A stretch of DNA of 64,000 bases, from the NCBI GenBank assembly GCA_000934665.2, contig KZ538490.1:1-64000 (forward strand), read 5' to 3'. The first letter of the stretch is position 1. Every line of letters begins with the position of its first letter. Shown piece by piece: positions 11,688-24,700 of the stretch. Below the pieces are notes generated by a model. It saw only the letters and a program-made list of their open reading frames with translations. It had not been told where the DNA came from and made no database searches. This stretch comes from Catajapyx aquilonaris. Lineage: Eukaryota. The position numbers and the translations under genes were made by a program.

Positions 11688-12594
11688 TGGAAGGCCATTG
11701 CCACAAGGTTCTCCTTCATATTATAGGCTATGTAACCTGAAAGCGATGGGGCCAGCAACTTGGGGAGGGCTGGTGTGCTGCTGGAGGGAGGGAGAGAAGA
11801 GAGAGAAGTGGGGTCGGAGGGGAAAAATATAGAAGAAGAGAGGGCTTGAGTATGCCTTACGGTGCAGAGATGGACCCTGCTGGACTTTTTGGGGATGGGT
11901 TTTCATGGGGAATGAGCTGGCTTGACATAAACTCACGGGGTCAATCATAATGAGGGCCTATAGTGTATATTTTTAAAAATATTTCGGACGATGAAATCCT
12001 GGCGCTCTGAAAGTAGGAGAGAAAACATTTTCACTTTGTCGGAATGCTGATGCGGTTGTGTAACTCCAAGTTGGCACATGGTACATGCTCAATTGACTGG
12101 AGTAACCGTACGGATCGTACGATCCTGCACTCCAGCCGGTGAATTCTTGTGCTTAGTGTATAGCTCAAGGGGCTGGCTTCGCAAAATTAAGTTTTTTAAA
12201 AATGTTTTCTGGTATGAACAGAAATCAGTAAAAATATGCACTTTATTGTGTGAATCTAGCCTCCATGAGTCCAACCTCAAATGCATGCTGATCTGATATT
12301 GTAACTGAAAGGAGGAATACTGTTGGCACCAAGAATGAACAGAATTCATCCATGTTGTTTATCACAATCACATTTCTCTGGAGAACGGGATAGTCAGTGA
12401 TGAATAAGATGCAGGATGTATTATTGGTTTGTACTGCTGGGATCACTATATATAGGGCCCCTCTGCTAAGATGTGTAGGTGAACTCTTTTTTACTAGAAA
12501 TAGCTCCCCTATAGAATTAGCTCCCCTGTTGGTCGCATGACCAAATCAGCCATTCCTGAGGACTGCTGCCAGGAATTGTTACTTATTGGCTTAT

Positions 12595-12773
12595 CTCACT
12601 CCAGATCACCTAACGTGATAACTGAGTGCTATACCGGTATATGTGGAGTTCGGAAAGACGCGGAGTTCTCATATGCAATGCCTTTAACAGAAGGTAACTC
12701 GGAAAAATAGGCATGCGGATTTTAACGATCTTCTAATCGCACTCAGTTATCTCGGTAGGTGATCCGGAGTGAG
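12595..12773. mobile_element. MITE-like element with 35-bp inverted repeats
   Basis: ctcactccagatcacctaacgtgataactgagtgc (12595-12629) versus reverse complement of 12739-12773: 32/35 identical. Superfamily not determined. Confidence 0.65.
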
Positions 12774-15700
12774 CTGCATTCAAATAAGGCCATGGATAGG
12801 ACGTGCTTTATACGTCGGGATAGAGAATACCGTGATAACTTAACCATTCATGAAGAGATTGCAATAATTTACCATGGCAACAGCCAAACTGTACTGCAAT
12901 ATTGGAATGGACAGCCAATACTGTAACTGTCATTGGTATCGTTGTCATTCACGAGATCTACGACTCCTAATGTCGTCAGTGAGTTATATCTTCGTATATA
13001 GGTTGGCTTATTTGGTCATGTAATAAACGGCGATGCCAGTAGGTCTGAAAGTCACATATAGTTGATATCTTCGGTCCTGATATACCCGGCATGTGATGAC
13101 ACTTTTTCACCCGAAAAGGCTCATTAGTAATTTTGATTACGTAATATTTTCGTCATAAAATAATCCCCAGGACTGACGATGTTCAAGTGCGAGTCATGTC
13201 AGTATTAGCGAGCTGTTATGCAAGGAGTATTGCTGACGGTAATTGGACATAAAGAACCACCTTCCACAACCTTATTATTCGCAATGTACGTTTCATACGC
13301 AATGAGAAGAACGCGAACTGGGACACTAGTGACCGGAGCAGGTGCTGAGAACAAGCGCATTGCAATATTGGCCTGCATTATACATAAGGCATAACTGCTG
13401 CCAAACATGGAATTAATGGTTCCGATACCGCGTCATTAGATACGCCCTGTCCACTGTAATAGGACTCGCCATTAATCTCGTTACAACGTCCGCCAGGGGG
13501 GTTTTTCCAGGGAAAAGATGCGCACTGTAGGGCATGTTTGCACTTGAATGGCTAATAGGCTGTTGGCCTGTACGTGACCTACAAGAAAGGAGCGTCATCG
13601 TGACTCCTGTTTCGCATATAGGTCACCCCCAATGTGTAGCCAGCATATGCCACAACCGATCATGGGAGCCGTGTCCAGAAAATTATCTGTGACTCAGATG
13701 ACAAAAATTTATTGCAAAGTTATGCGCGGTATATCCAAGCAAGGAAGTTGTGACGTTTTCTAGCACCCATTACATTTACTTTTTAAAATGAAATATTAAT
13801 GGCTTTTTTGGCGGCCATATTTTGTCATCTTGGTATAGGGTAATGCGAGATAGTGCATGCGCATATTGGGTGATAGGTTATGTTATTATTAGATTTTATT
13901 ATTTTGGCTTTTCCGAGCTTTTTTGTTTTAATTTTTATTGCGCAATTAATGTGTCATTTATAGAACATAATTCGAGTGAATATGCGTGTCTCTTTCATCA
14001 CTGACTACCCCTTATAGGGGAATGTGATGAATGCTAGGATGGTTTTGCCCATATCTCGCGAAATAATGCACGGATTCCCAGTGGACAAGCCGTGTTATAC
14101 ACTTTTGAACATTTCAAAAACCCTGTTAAAAATATCATTAGGTCAGATTTTGCCCATATTGACGGTTGTTCATTATTCCTGTTTAATAAGCAATTAACAA
14201 CATTACGTACATTACGTACATTGCCACAATCCGGCCTTAAATTTGCAATTTAGCCTCACACTATTGAAAGGGGCACTTGTAATGTACGGCCAGATTTGCG
14301 CATTTCACTTGACCTGATGTTGTTTCAAGTTGTAGTGGAGTGGGTGGGTTGATGGCAGGGGTTGAAGCCTCCGTAATAGAAATTTAGCCGCTCTCCTCCG
14401 AACCATTTTCCTCCCTCGGTTTCATTTACCCTACAATGTGATCCAATTTTGAAATGCATTAAACCCTGTTTACAGGGCAATTTATTTGGCGAGCTTGTTA
14501 GCGGCGTAAAACAGAATCATAACAACGGGGGTCGTTTACGGGTGTCTATCCAGAGGTGTGCAGTGTTAATGATTTGCTAAACTGTTTTCGCGGGGGCCCG
14601 AGCACGTGGGGTCCATCCCACCCCCCCTCTCTCGCCCTCTTCTAAATTAGCGTGTGTGTGTGAGAGAGAGAAGAGTATATATGCATCATGTGTGTGTGAG
14701 CGGGCCACTACTCCAAACGAATGTGGTAGTGGACGCTTATCGATTAGGGGATGGTAATTCCGAAAGGCCTACTTTCATCCTACATATGTCTGTCCCCGCA
14801 AAGCCCGTCTTAACCTTGTTTCCGTCGTGCCATCCGGGTTATATGGCGGAAAAGGGGGGGGGGGGGGGGTTTTTTTTTTTGGNTTCGTAATTTCTGCATG
14901 TGAATTATTAAGCGCGATGGAAGGGGTGGTCTTTATGTGAAGGATATTTTCATAGCTGCACCTGCATGCGTTCATATTTAATTAGGTTGCGTATCTGGCA
15001 ACGTGGCAGCGTGTGGCCTGGAGCAAAAATATTGCATTACATGTACGTAATTTGCGATGCATTCCGGTAAGCCCTAGGTGTGCAATTGCGGAGTGTCAAC
15101 AGGCTGCAGCCAGCATTTTGGAGTGATATTAGCGAACCGTCATGACCATCCGCGTCACTTTGGCGCAAATGGCTTTTTTGTGCATTGCAATGTGCACTTG
15201 GCGAAACGACTAGTTGAGACTGACAATAAACTATTGAAGTGCCACATTGTTAATTTAAATTCGCAGGATTACTTTGAACACATATTTGCAGCAGTTACAT
15301 TATTATTGTCACATTGTTTATTTACCCCTCGTAAGCATTTTTGCACCGACCAGCTTGAACCTGCCATACGGTCACAGTATATCGGCCAGTAAGACGATAC
15401 TCCCATGTTTCCCCGAGGTCATGTGACCCCCATCTGCCCCGTCCAGCCCCCTCAGCTTGTGTTCCAGGCCCTAGCCATTGCCCCTCTCTTCCAACCAGCT
15501 CCCCCCTGCATGTTACAGTAGCCGATTTGAAGGTGTTGATTTAATGAAACCGACCAAAACCGAGCAACATAATATGGCGGTTGCATTACCCAACCTCCAC
15601 CCCACCTCCCACCCCCTCACTATTTTGGTCTCTACCCTTATAACAAAATGCTAGGGGGCAATATTTTTGAGCCTCTGGAGCGGCCTGCGCAGTGAAGGGA

Positions 15701-18700
15701 CAGTCCGTGTCCACATTGCATATATTATGTATATTCACTTTATTCGTCCCATGGTAGGCTTTGGAAACCCACCCACACCGCCCCCTCTCGAACCATACAA
15801 ATGGAAAGGAATAAAGCATGCAAGGCTTGCATGAACAAGGGTAATCCCTTAAGCCGGATGCGGGGGTGGACGTATAGGTGGGGTGGGGTAGTTGCAGTGG
15901 GGGTGTGTAGGGTTCGGTGGGGTGTCACTAGGGCCAAAGAGTGACTCACCCCCCACCCAGCGTACCCAGTACCAGCGGGTGTGGAGGAAATTTCAGCCTT
16001 CGGAGTGAAGCTAATTACGACCTTTGGGAGGCCCAGACGGCTAATCGGTGGGCTCGGCTTTTCAGAGGATAGGGNNGGGGGGGGGGGGGGGGGGGGGGAG
16101 GCTGCCCATTTTTTGTAAAAAAAAAAAAGCAAATTCCCATGTTGATTACAGTTGCGATTTTTTTGAGTCTGATACCCAAAGACGTCTTGTATATCCGATT
16201 AAGTATGGGGTTATTTTTTGGTCAGGGGGCCCAAATAATGTGGACTGTACGATCAGGGATTCTGGGTAAATAATTAATGCCTGGGGGTTGTTTTGGGGTT
16301 TACCATGTTCGATGGGCGTTGTTTGCAATATTGTGCAATGGAAACCGTCCCCGCAATGACAGTTTGTACACGTGGGCCGTAATGAAGAGTACCATTCTTC
16401 ACACGTAATTTCTGCCGGTGCGTCAGCCCGACCAGTATTGGTTACCTGATGTGCCCCGGCTTTATTTACGCGGAAGGTTAATTAATTCGGTTGCTGCATG
16501 AGTTGGATGGGGGAATATTGTTGTGTGTAATTCTTCGCTAAAAATTGCTGATCACGTGATCCATTTTCTTTAGTACCCAGCACAATTTCCAAATAGAATA
16601 TAAGATTCCGGTCCTGGTTTTTTAATGCAATGAAATGACGTGCGTGTTGCAGTTTTTATGACATAGGGAGGTCAGTATATATGGAAAGACGGTCGCGGGG
16701 ATTGAGGGTTGCCCCGTGCAATTTAAATTAATCCTTTTTATTGTTGCGGCGTACGCTTGCGTCCGTGGACCTTGGCCTCCCTGCCTAAACATTAGAGCAC
16801 CCCCGGCCCATCCACAAAATGAGCTATAACTCCACAAAGTTGAGTCCATTTCGGTAACCATAACTGAGAAAATCTTGAAATGTTAGAGGGTGGGGAAGGA
16901 GGTTTCGGTTTCTGTTTAGTAAATAATGTAAGTGGAGGTTCATGAATCCTCATGCGGGGACTGCGCCTGGTTTAGAGCTGTAATTAAAGGCAACTTTCTT
17001 GGGGAGGGAAACAGGAGGTTCCGTAATTGTGCTTAATGGCGGCGTGCTGGACAAGGAATGAATAAGTGAGGGAGAGAGGGGGCCTCTCAGGTTTGAAGCC
17101 GGTAAAGTGAAGGCGGAATTACATATTGGGAAAGTGGCACCCTTTCATATATGCGGTTCGCATAAAAACCTGTCTTTGACAAGAGTCGATTAGGCAGAGG
17201 CCCAGAAGGCTCCAGGACGTGGCATATGGGACTGCATATGGTCACCTCCGTTTGGCTTGGTGGCAGCGGCACGCAAAGTATTCACCAGGCGGATACTTTT
17301 ACTTGGGCGGTCTTTTCGTGCAGGGCACCCACGAAGGGATTAATATTTCGGGGAAAAAATTACTTAGCCAGCCCCATATTCTTTTTTTCGTCGCCCGAAT
17401 AGCAAAAGGATGGGCTCGGTTCCAGCACGACATTGGGCTCTAAAAGAGGCGTATGGCTCACGTATTTGTGAGGAGAACAGTTTGGATGTGTCCTCGACGG
17501 AAAGCATGTTGCACAACCTACTTTCATTCAAAAGACGTGTTCTTGGAATATATGGCGATAAATTAACCGGGCAGCAGGTGTATGTTGGCGCAGTCAAAAT
17601 AAGGGCATGGTGTAGGGACATGTTAAGCCATTGATTAACCGACAAGATGGTGTAGTTACATACACGTTATGTGTGTAGTTATAACAAAAAATGCGGTTAT
17701 GTAGCGAGGCCTAATTTTAATCGAGATTAAATCCAGTTCACATGAAAGTGTAATGAGGCTTCTCAGAGTGTGGACCTGTTGGACAATAATATGTTGACCC
17801 GCGATTTGAATTTGGCGCTGCGACATCCTGTTATGTGGTGGAAGCCCTCCATAACGGTAAATAATTGCACGTGCCTCTTGTATAATTAAAAGCTCAGCGA
17901 GTGTGTTTTCCTCTAAAAACAGCCGGAGGTAGAGGGGGCTTGGAAGTCTTGGATAATTACTTTGGAAGCTTCCGACTCGCAAGTCCGAGATAAAGAGTTT
18001 ACGTCGCGTACAGATTAAGCTCGTTCTAAAACTATAAGCCGGAACAGCAGTGCTCTTTTTGTATATGCTTAACAAAGGTCGAGAACGGTACAAGGGAAAC
18101 CGGGGAACGAACTGTGTCATTTATCCCAATTAAGTTGAAGTCAGTCTGGTAATAGGGGGTTCATTAATCTTTCCTGTGACATATTTGGGTAAGGCGGCGT
18201 TGGGTAAGTGACTGCCTTTTCTTTGCGAGAAAATGCCTTTTGCAATTGACCAGGAGTTTCCACCGCGGCTGTTGCGCACAATTGCGGTTTCCGAAGGAAT
18301 ATTCGTTTTCGTGAGCCTTGACACGCTGCCTCATTAATGAGCATTGAAGTCGCCTGCACGAGCTGTTCAAGTGACAACTGAACGTGATGGGGACAGGTCT
18401 TTGTCGGAATTTTGCGCCCCTAGATGGCTTCCGTGTCTGACTGCAGTGGAAAGAGAGGAGGTAGCGGGAACTGCTCCTAAAATAGCAACATGAATTTATA
18501 AAATGCTACGACTTTCAACAATTAATTAACAATTGTGGCATCGGTGCCGTTCTGTGGTTGAAGCAACTTTAGGAATTTTTTAAGAACATTCGAGTGACTA
18601 ATGATTACCTTATAGAGACAATAGTTTGGGTTTACCGGCAGAGGCGAAATGGAGTAGGTTGCGTAAGCTTTCGCTCTAGCGTAAGAATCCTATAAATTAA

Positions 18701-21700
18701 CTGGGTCATCACAGTAAATCGGAACTCGTTAGCAGGAGAGTGCCTTGTTTGCAGTGTTGTTGGTACGTAAGGAAGCTCGCAAGTTTTATTGGCGGTCTAG
18801 GGAAAATAAGAGCAGGAGGCGACATGTTTATCTGCAGGAACTGGTCCGTGTAAGCTACAATGGCACTTAAATTGAAAACTTGGGTAATCTTATGAAGGCG
18901 GAGCAGTTGAATTAAGCGCTTTGAGTAAACAGATTAGTGAAGGGAGGCGCCGAGTGGAGATCTTTGTGTTTGTAAATCAGGGTAGTTGGAGCGATTTTAT
19001 TGTGGGGTAGGTGGCGAAGGGCACCTCGGGTACGGGAGTCTTCAGCACCCGGCGATTGGAAGGTTCTAATGAGAGTGACTCATATCCAGGGTGACATTAC
19101 TTGGCGTCATTGAATGTCCAGGTGTGCTTCCTGCAATGAGAAATATTCGGCAACTGATTCGGCAAGCAAGTAATATTAGCCTATGATTATTAGAAATAGG
19201 TGGAATTTTTGTAAGCAGTGTTCCATACTGAACCATCATCTATATTTTTGCGAAATATTTGGGTCACGCTGAGCCGTCGAAATAAATTAAGTAATCAAAG
19301 CTCGCCGGCCAGTATTCTAGTGTTAAAATATTGATTTTACGCGATTATGCGTTTTTTCCATCCAAAAAGTTCGACCACAGCACTTTTTTCCCCCCACTGT
19401 GTCACTGTAACGTGCACTGCAGCTGTAAAAAAGTGAAAACCCGGGAATAGCGTGCGGTTGATACATTGCAGCTTGAAACTTGGGATTTTGCGGGAAGGTA
19501 GGGGGCATAATTGCTGGAATTGCATTAAGTTCATTACCTTTGACGCTTTATATTGGGCTATTTCTAGTGATCTGAGACTAGTTTTTTTTTTATTTAAAAA
19601 AAAAAATACTTGAAAGGGTCCTTCCCTGGACAACAGGATTTTACACCTAGGTCCTACATATACATTTTTCTCCACCACACTTCTCTTCCCCTTTTACCCA
19701 AGCATGCATTAGCCTTTTATTATCGAAGCTTTCGCACTGTCAGCTCCGGGCTTGATTGATGGTAGCAGGCGGACAAAACAAAGAATGGCGCAGTGGAGTG
19801 CGCATCAAAAATTAACCTCGCCTTGTCTGCAGGTGGTAGGGGCCACGAAGGCTTCTGGGTGCTGTCACCTCACCTACCTGTCGAGGAGGGGGACACAACC
19901 GTGTCCTACATGCATATTCACCAGGGCGGACATGTTATTGCGGGGATGAATAATGTTTGCAAGGATGGTGGTGGTGGGGGGGGGGGGGAGAAGGCGTTAT
20001 TATTAAACTTGAGGGGGCGAAATAATTTTATTGCAGGCAAGTTGCGAAAAAGTCAAAGGAGAGGAGGGACTAATTAAAAAGTTCGTCAGGAAAATTTTCG
20101 AGGCTGCGGCGTCAGAATAGAGAAAGAGTGGGTCTAACTAGGGAGGTGGGGGAGGTTTATTCAGGATGGTAACAAAAGTAACCCGCCTTCCGTATCGATG
20201 CCGTCCGCTACTTTTTGCGACCTTGCTATTCTGCCCGGATGACAAGGCTATTCTGCATTGTCGCAGCTGCCGGTGAAAAGTCGTGGTTACGTTTGTTCCG
20301 CCCTTGCTGCTTTATTAGGCGCATGAGAAAAGAGACGGCACAATGCGGCAAAATGAAGATGAGCGAGGTAAACCATGTCGATGCTGGGTTTATACGAAGG
20401 TCTGGAATTGATCAGGGTGGGTATGCTTTTCGCTTTGTGCTGGTCAAGCTCAAGAAGGTTTTCTTCATCCTGGGTGGTAGATACCCCCGTACGACTTCCT
20501 TGAGGTTACGGCTTTTCAGGCGCTTACTTGACCTTGAAGGAGACTAAGGAACTTTCCTTCAAATATGTGGATGCAACTCCCTTACTGAAATGCATGGCGG
20601 TAATTATGCAGTAACTGAACCTATCACAGTACAAAGTAATTTTTAAAAACTGTAATTTGCAATTTTTCCAGCTCATATGGGTATATCCAAAAAATTGAAA
20701 ATGTTATATGGATCCGACTCAGGCAGATGTTCAGTGCTGTGTTAGCATGGATTCCTGGCCATAGTACATGCGCATTTTTTGGTGATACACTAGCATTATG
20801 TATAGATTGTGGCTGTTCAGGGTTTGACGAGTTGTTTCTGATTTACGTGTTGTGCCGTATTTGCATTGAATGTGACCTACTGTACTAGGGGAATTTTTAT
20901 ACGTATTTACGCTCCAGCTGTAAGTTAACATGCGTCTATTCCGTTCAAAGAAATATCTACTACTATTACTGAATTAGTGCACAGCTCGTTACATGACCGT
21001 GTATCCAACAGCAGAGAACAATATACGGATGCCGTAGAAAATTCGAGCCAGTTTCGATTAAATTACGAAGCACGTATTTGGCACGGACAGAAATAATTCG
21101 CACAATTGTCAAAAGCAATGGTAACGCTTGCGTGTGACAGTGTTGGAAAATTATTTGCTGGTCTTTGATCTCAGCAAAAACATATAGCAGGAAGTGTGTC
21201 GTAGGCTGAAAAATGAAGTCGGCGTCCTGCTGCGGGCGTCCCGAGTAGTCCAGACGATGGGCATCACGCGACTCTCGACGCTCGTAATTGTGCGATGCAG
21301 TTCCCCGAGTTCTGTCTCTCTCTCTGGCCCCTCCCAACAACAACAGAAACAACAACAAAAACAATATAGCAATGTGATATTTGAACCTGTGCAGCTGCTA
21401 CCTGCCCTCTTCCTACCGGCGGGCTAGATTTTGCCCCTTGACATTTACACGCATGCATACTGCAGGCCTTTTCATACACTGCACCCCTTTCCGAGCATAT
21501 GTGGGATTCGTTACAATTGTGCGGTTTTGGACTGGAAGCAGGTGAAAAAGGCGCGTTTTTAGGTACAATCTGGTCTGTAATAGGTGGAATTTTGTGGGTC
21601 ACCCGGTCCGAATTGGCCAATAGCTTAAGGCCACCTGACCAGCTGAGTATTCGTCTGTTACATTTGGCCATAATTATCAGTTACTGAAATATGTTCATAT

Positions 21701-24700
21701 TTTTGATACCGTACCCATTGCATCCATGATCCATGCGGTTATTGAATGAGGGATAGTCCTCAATACTAGGAGAATGGAAGAGAAATTTATGGGTTGGTCA
21801 ATACAAACTTGTGACAAAACGTTACGACTAATATTTCTGGCAGGCACTTAAATAATTCGTGACCAAAGTTTTTGTTATTACATTAATGAATCTAATGTAG
21901 AGGGAATTAGGCAGGGGGCATATTTTGGTTGCTCGAACATTGGTTAGACATTTATTATCTGACCTTCATGGTGCCAGAGTTAAATTGAGATAATTCAGCG
22001 TCGCACTCCATACCAATCTGTACAGGCACCTGTACTAAAATTTTCAATAATTTTAACAAACTATTTTCCCGCGCTATTGGCCTTGAACCCGCAGTTACAG
22101 CACCAGGAATTTATTACCGCACACCTCAGTTCAAAAAGGGCAGAGAAAAATTGTTTAAAATTCCTGGTCACGATTCTAACAATCGCATTGTGGAATTGGT
22201 GGAAGGGGGCTGAGGGAGTTTGGGGAGATGGGGGTTGCGGGGGAGGGGAGGGGGAGGGGGCAGTTTTAAGAAGCAAAGTTGGGCAATTAGGAGGTCCGGT
22301 GGTATGTTTGGGAGCAATAGAATGAGGGAGTGCAGGTTGNGGGGGGGTGGTCCTGGTTTTGTGCAGCTTATAGCTCGCGAAAAGCAGTTGAAGGCATTAT
22401 AGGCCAGCAAGTACTGAAGCCCCCCTAAAGCCTTCCTCTCTTCTTATTTTTCTTTTTTTTTCATTCTTACTTCCTTTTTGGGCTGGGGGCTGCCGCAGCT
22501 TCCGAATAGCCTCCAGAGAAGCCGAAGAAAAGTTATCTGGCTAAATGATATTTTCCAAGCAGGTCCACTGGCTCCGGATAATAAAGCTATATCTAATTAG
22601 GTATCGAGGTTGGGGATGGAGCGAGGGAGGTTGCAAGGGAGGGAGATACTGAGTCCTTTGCTATTCACATTACTGACCACCGTAATGAGGGTCGACCCTG
22701 TAACCACACGCTGTCTTATACGATAATTAGGCTATTTGCTTGGTAACTTGATCCGGAGTATCCGGGCTAGAGGAAAAGTTTTACCTTCTCGGTCAACGTC
22801 TAATAGCCCCTTTCGCTAGCTCCCTCCTGCAGGATAATACCCGTTGTGCGCACTTGGGTTTTGGGTTCTTATTATTTGCTCAGGGTGGGCCTTCCCAGAC
22901 CGGGTGTGCCTGCGGAGTCGTGGTTACAGATTTTGCTAAGTTTGTGTATTGGAAGGGGGGGTATGGGGTCCGGTGCTGGCCGCATTTTAAATTAATCGGT
23001 GTATACCTCTCATGCCCCGAAACATACACTCAATAACGTAATGGCGGATCGTTTCATATTCATGGAAAAGCATGGTCGGATGGACCCTTGCACGCAGATT
23101 GTTTTCGTAGTTATGTTGATTCAGGGAAGACTTAGTTTTTTTTGTGTGTGCTACGCGGCTGGACAGCAGGGACGGGCTTATGCGTTTACAGGTGACTGGA
23201 TGTTTTTTGTTGTGTCTGTCATAATTAGAGTAGCTTATTACCCGTACCCAAATCAATTTTTTTTCTCTGGAAAGTGTTACGATACCCTAGGGCGCTCCGT
23301 GTCAAGTGATAATGAATGGCGTAGCAATTTTTTGCCGTAATAAAGCTGATTGTTGTCGTAAAATTTACTGGCCGAATTCATATGGTACACCGAGTAAGTA
23401 GTTTTATTAGTCCAACAATTTATGCTTTTGTGGACAAAAAAAATTGTTTTTTTGCGCAACATTTTGTTACATTAAATATTGGTTCCCGAATTTTTTAAAA
23501 ATTATATTGTCTTCCCCAGCTAAATTGTTGCAAAGAATTGGCCCTTTCTTATAGGATTCGTGTAATAAATGCGTTTGTTGTTCATGTAAGCACAAGTAAT
23601 TTGACAACAATTTTTTGTTAACCGATTTCTGGATGTATGAGAAAAAGTCGCTATTTTGTGCTTTATTGGCCATTCTGTGGTTTAATTTTAAATGGCAAAA
23701 TATGTAATGCACGGAATGAAATTGTTCTGGGCCTAATATATCATCTGGAAATTTGTTGATTTTAAAAATATTGTACGACCAATTTTTGAGGAAGTGTTCA
23801 GTGGGGGTTGAAGGTGGCACGGAAGACAATCTCCTTACAACTATTATAACATTTAAATATTATGTATGTAACAATAGCGACAAGAAGAATTCAAAACATA
23901 CCTTGGGCGCGGCATACCTGTCCATAATGCTCTATCGAAAAAAATTTGTAACTGAAACTAAAAAAGAGGGTGTGCGGACCGTGTCGATCAAAATTTGGCG
24001 AAAGGAGCATATTTCATCAGCGACAATCCGCGTTTGAAGTGAACGGGGACATTTTTTATTACCACACATGTACTTATAAAAATTGCACATATTGTCCCGT
24101 GCGCTGGTGCGTAATTTTTCATAGCCTCGTTAATCTCTCTCCAAGGTCTCGTATAGCACCCGACATATTTTTTTTACCCGGCCACACTCTCTAGTCCTGT
24201 ACTTACGTAGGACCAAGGACGACCGTTTTGTTGCCCTGTTTGAAAATGCACGAAGGATAAAAACGACCTTCCGTCATGACAAGATCAAGTGAAAAATACA
24301 CGGCCGCAATGATATTTTGGGGGGTTGACAGGTGTCCGAGCGTTGCAGTTTAGCGGTGAGCATCGATAATCGGGTGAGATTATCGCATTGTTTCTTATAT
24401 ACTTGGGAGCTCGGACAAGTACAATGAAAGCGGAACAACAACAGCTGGTTGTAGTGGCAAAAGTGCGTGAATAATATATCTGTTGATATATAATGCAACG
24501 CCTTGTATAATTCTCCAGGAGAAAGGCGGCTTGTACAAACATGTTCGCACAGGACTGGTTCTGCACTATTCATACCACGGCCTCAGAACTGTACCTGCGT
24601 TGTAAAGCCACGCCCACATAGTTTATGGAAAAAGGGTACGCTCTCTGTATTGGCGCTTAGATTCTGTGACGCAATGCTCTTCCTCAAGAAGGCACCAATA

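Noticed and set aside
12495..12936. Short two-copy direct repeats (tagaa[a/t]tagctcccct at 12495/12512; acagccaa..ctgta at 12880/12911)
   Set aside because: Only two degenerate copies with no spacer structure; not CRISPR-like, likely local duplications.
23280..24040. AT-rich stretch that looks like decayed transposon interior (similar at 47900-48300)
   Set aside because: No terminal repeats or coding remnants identified; needs a repeat-library search.
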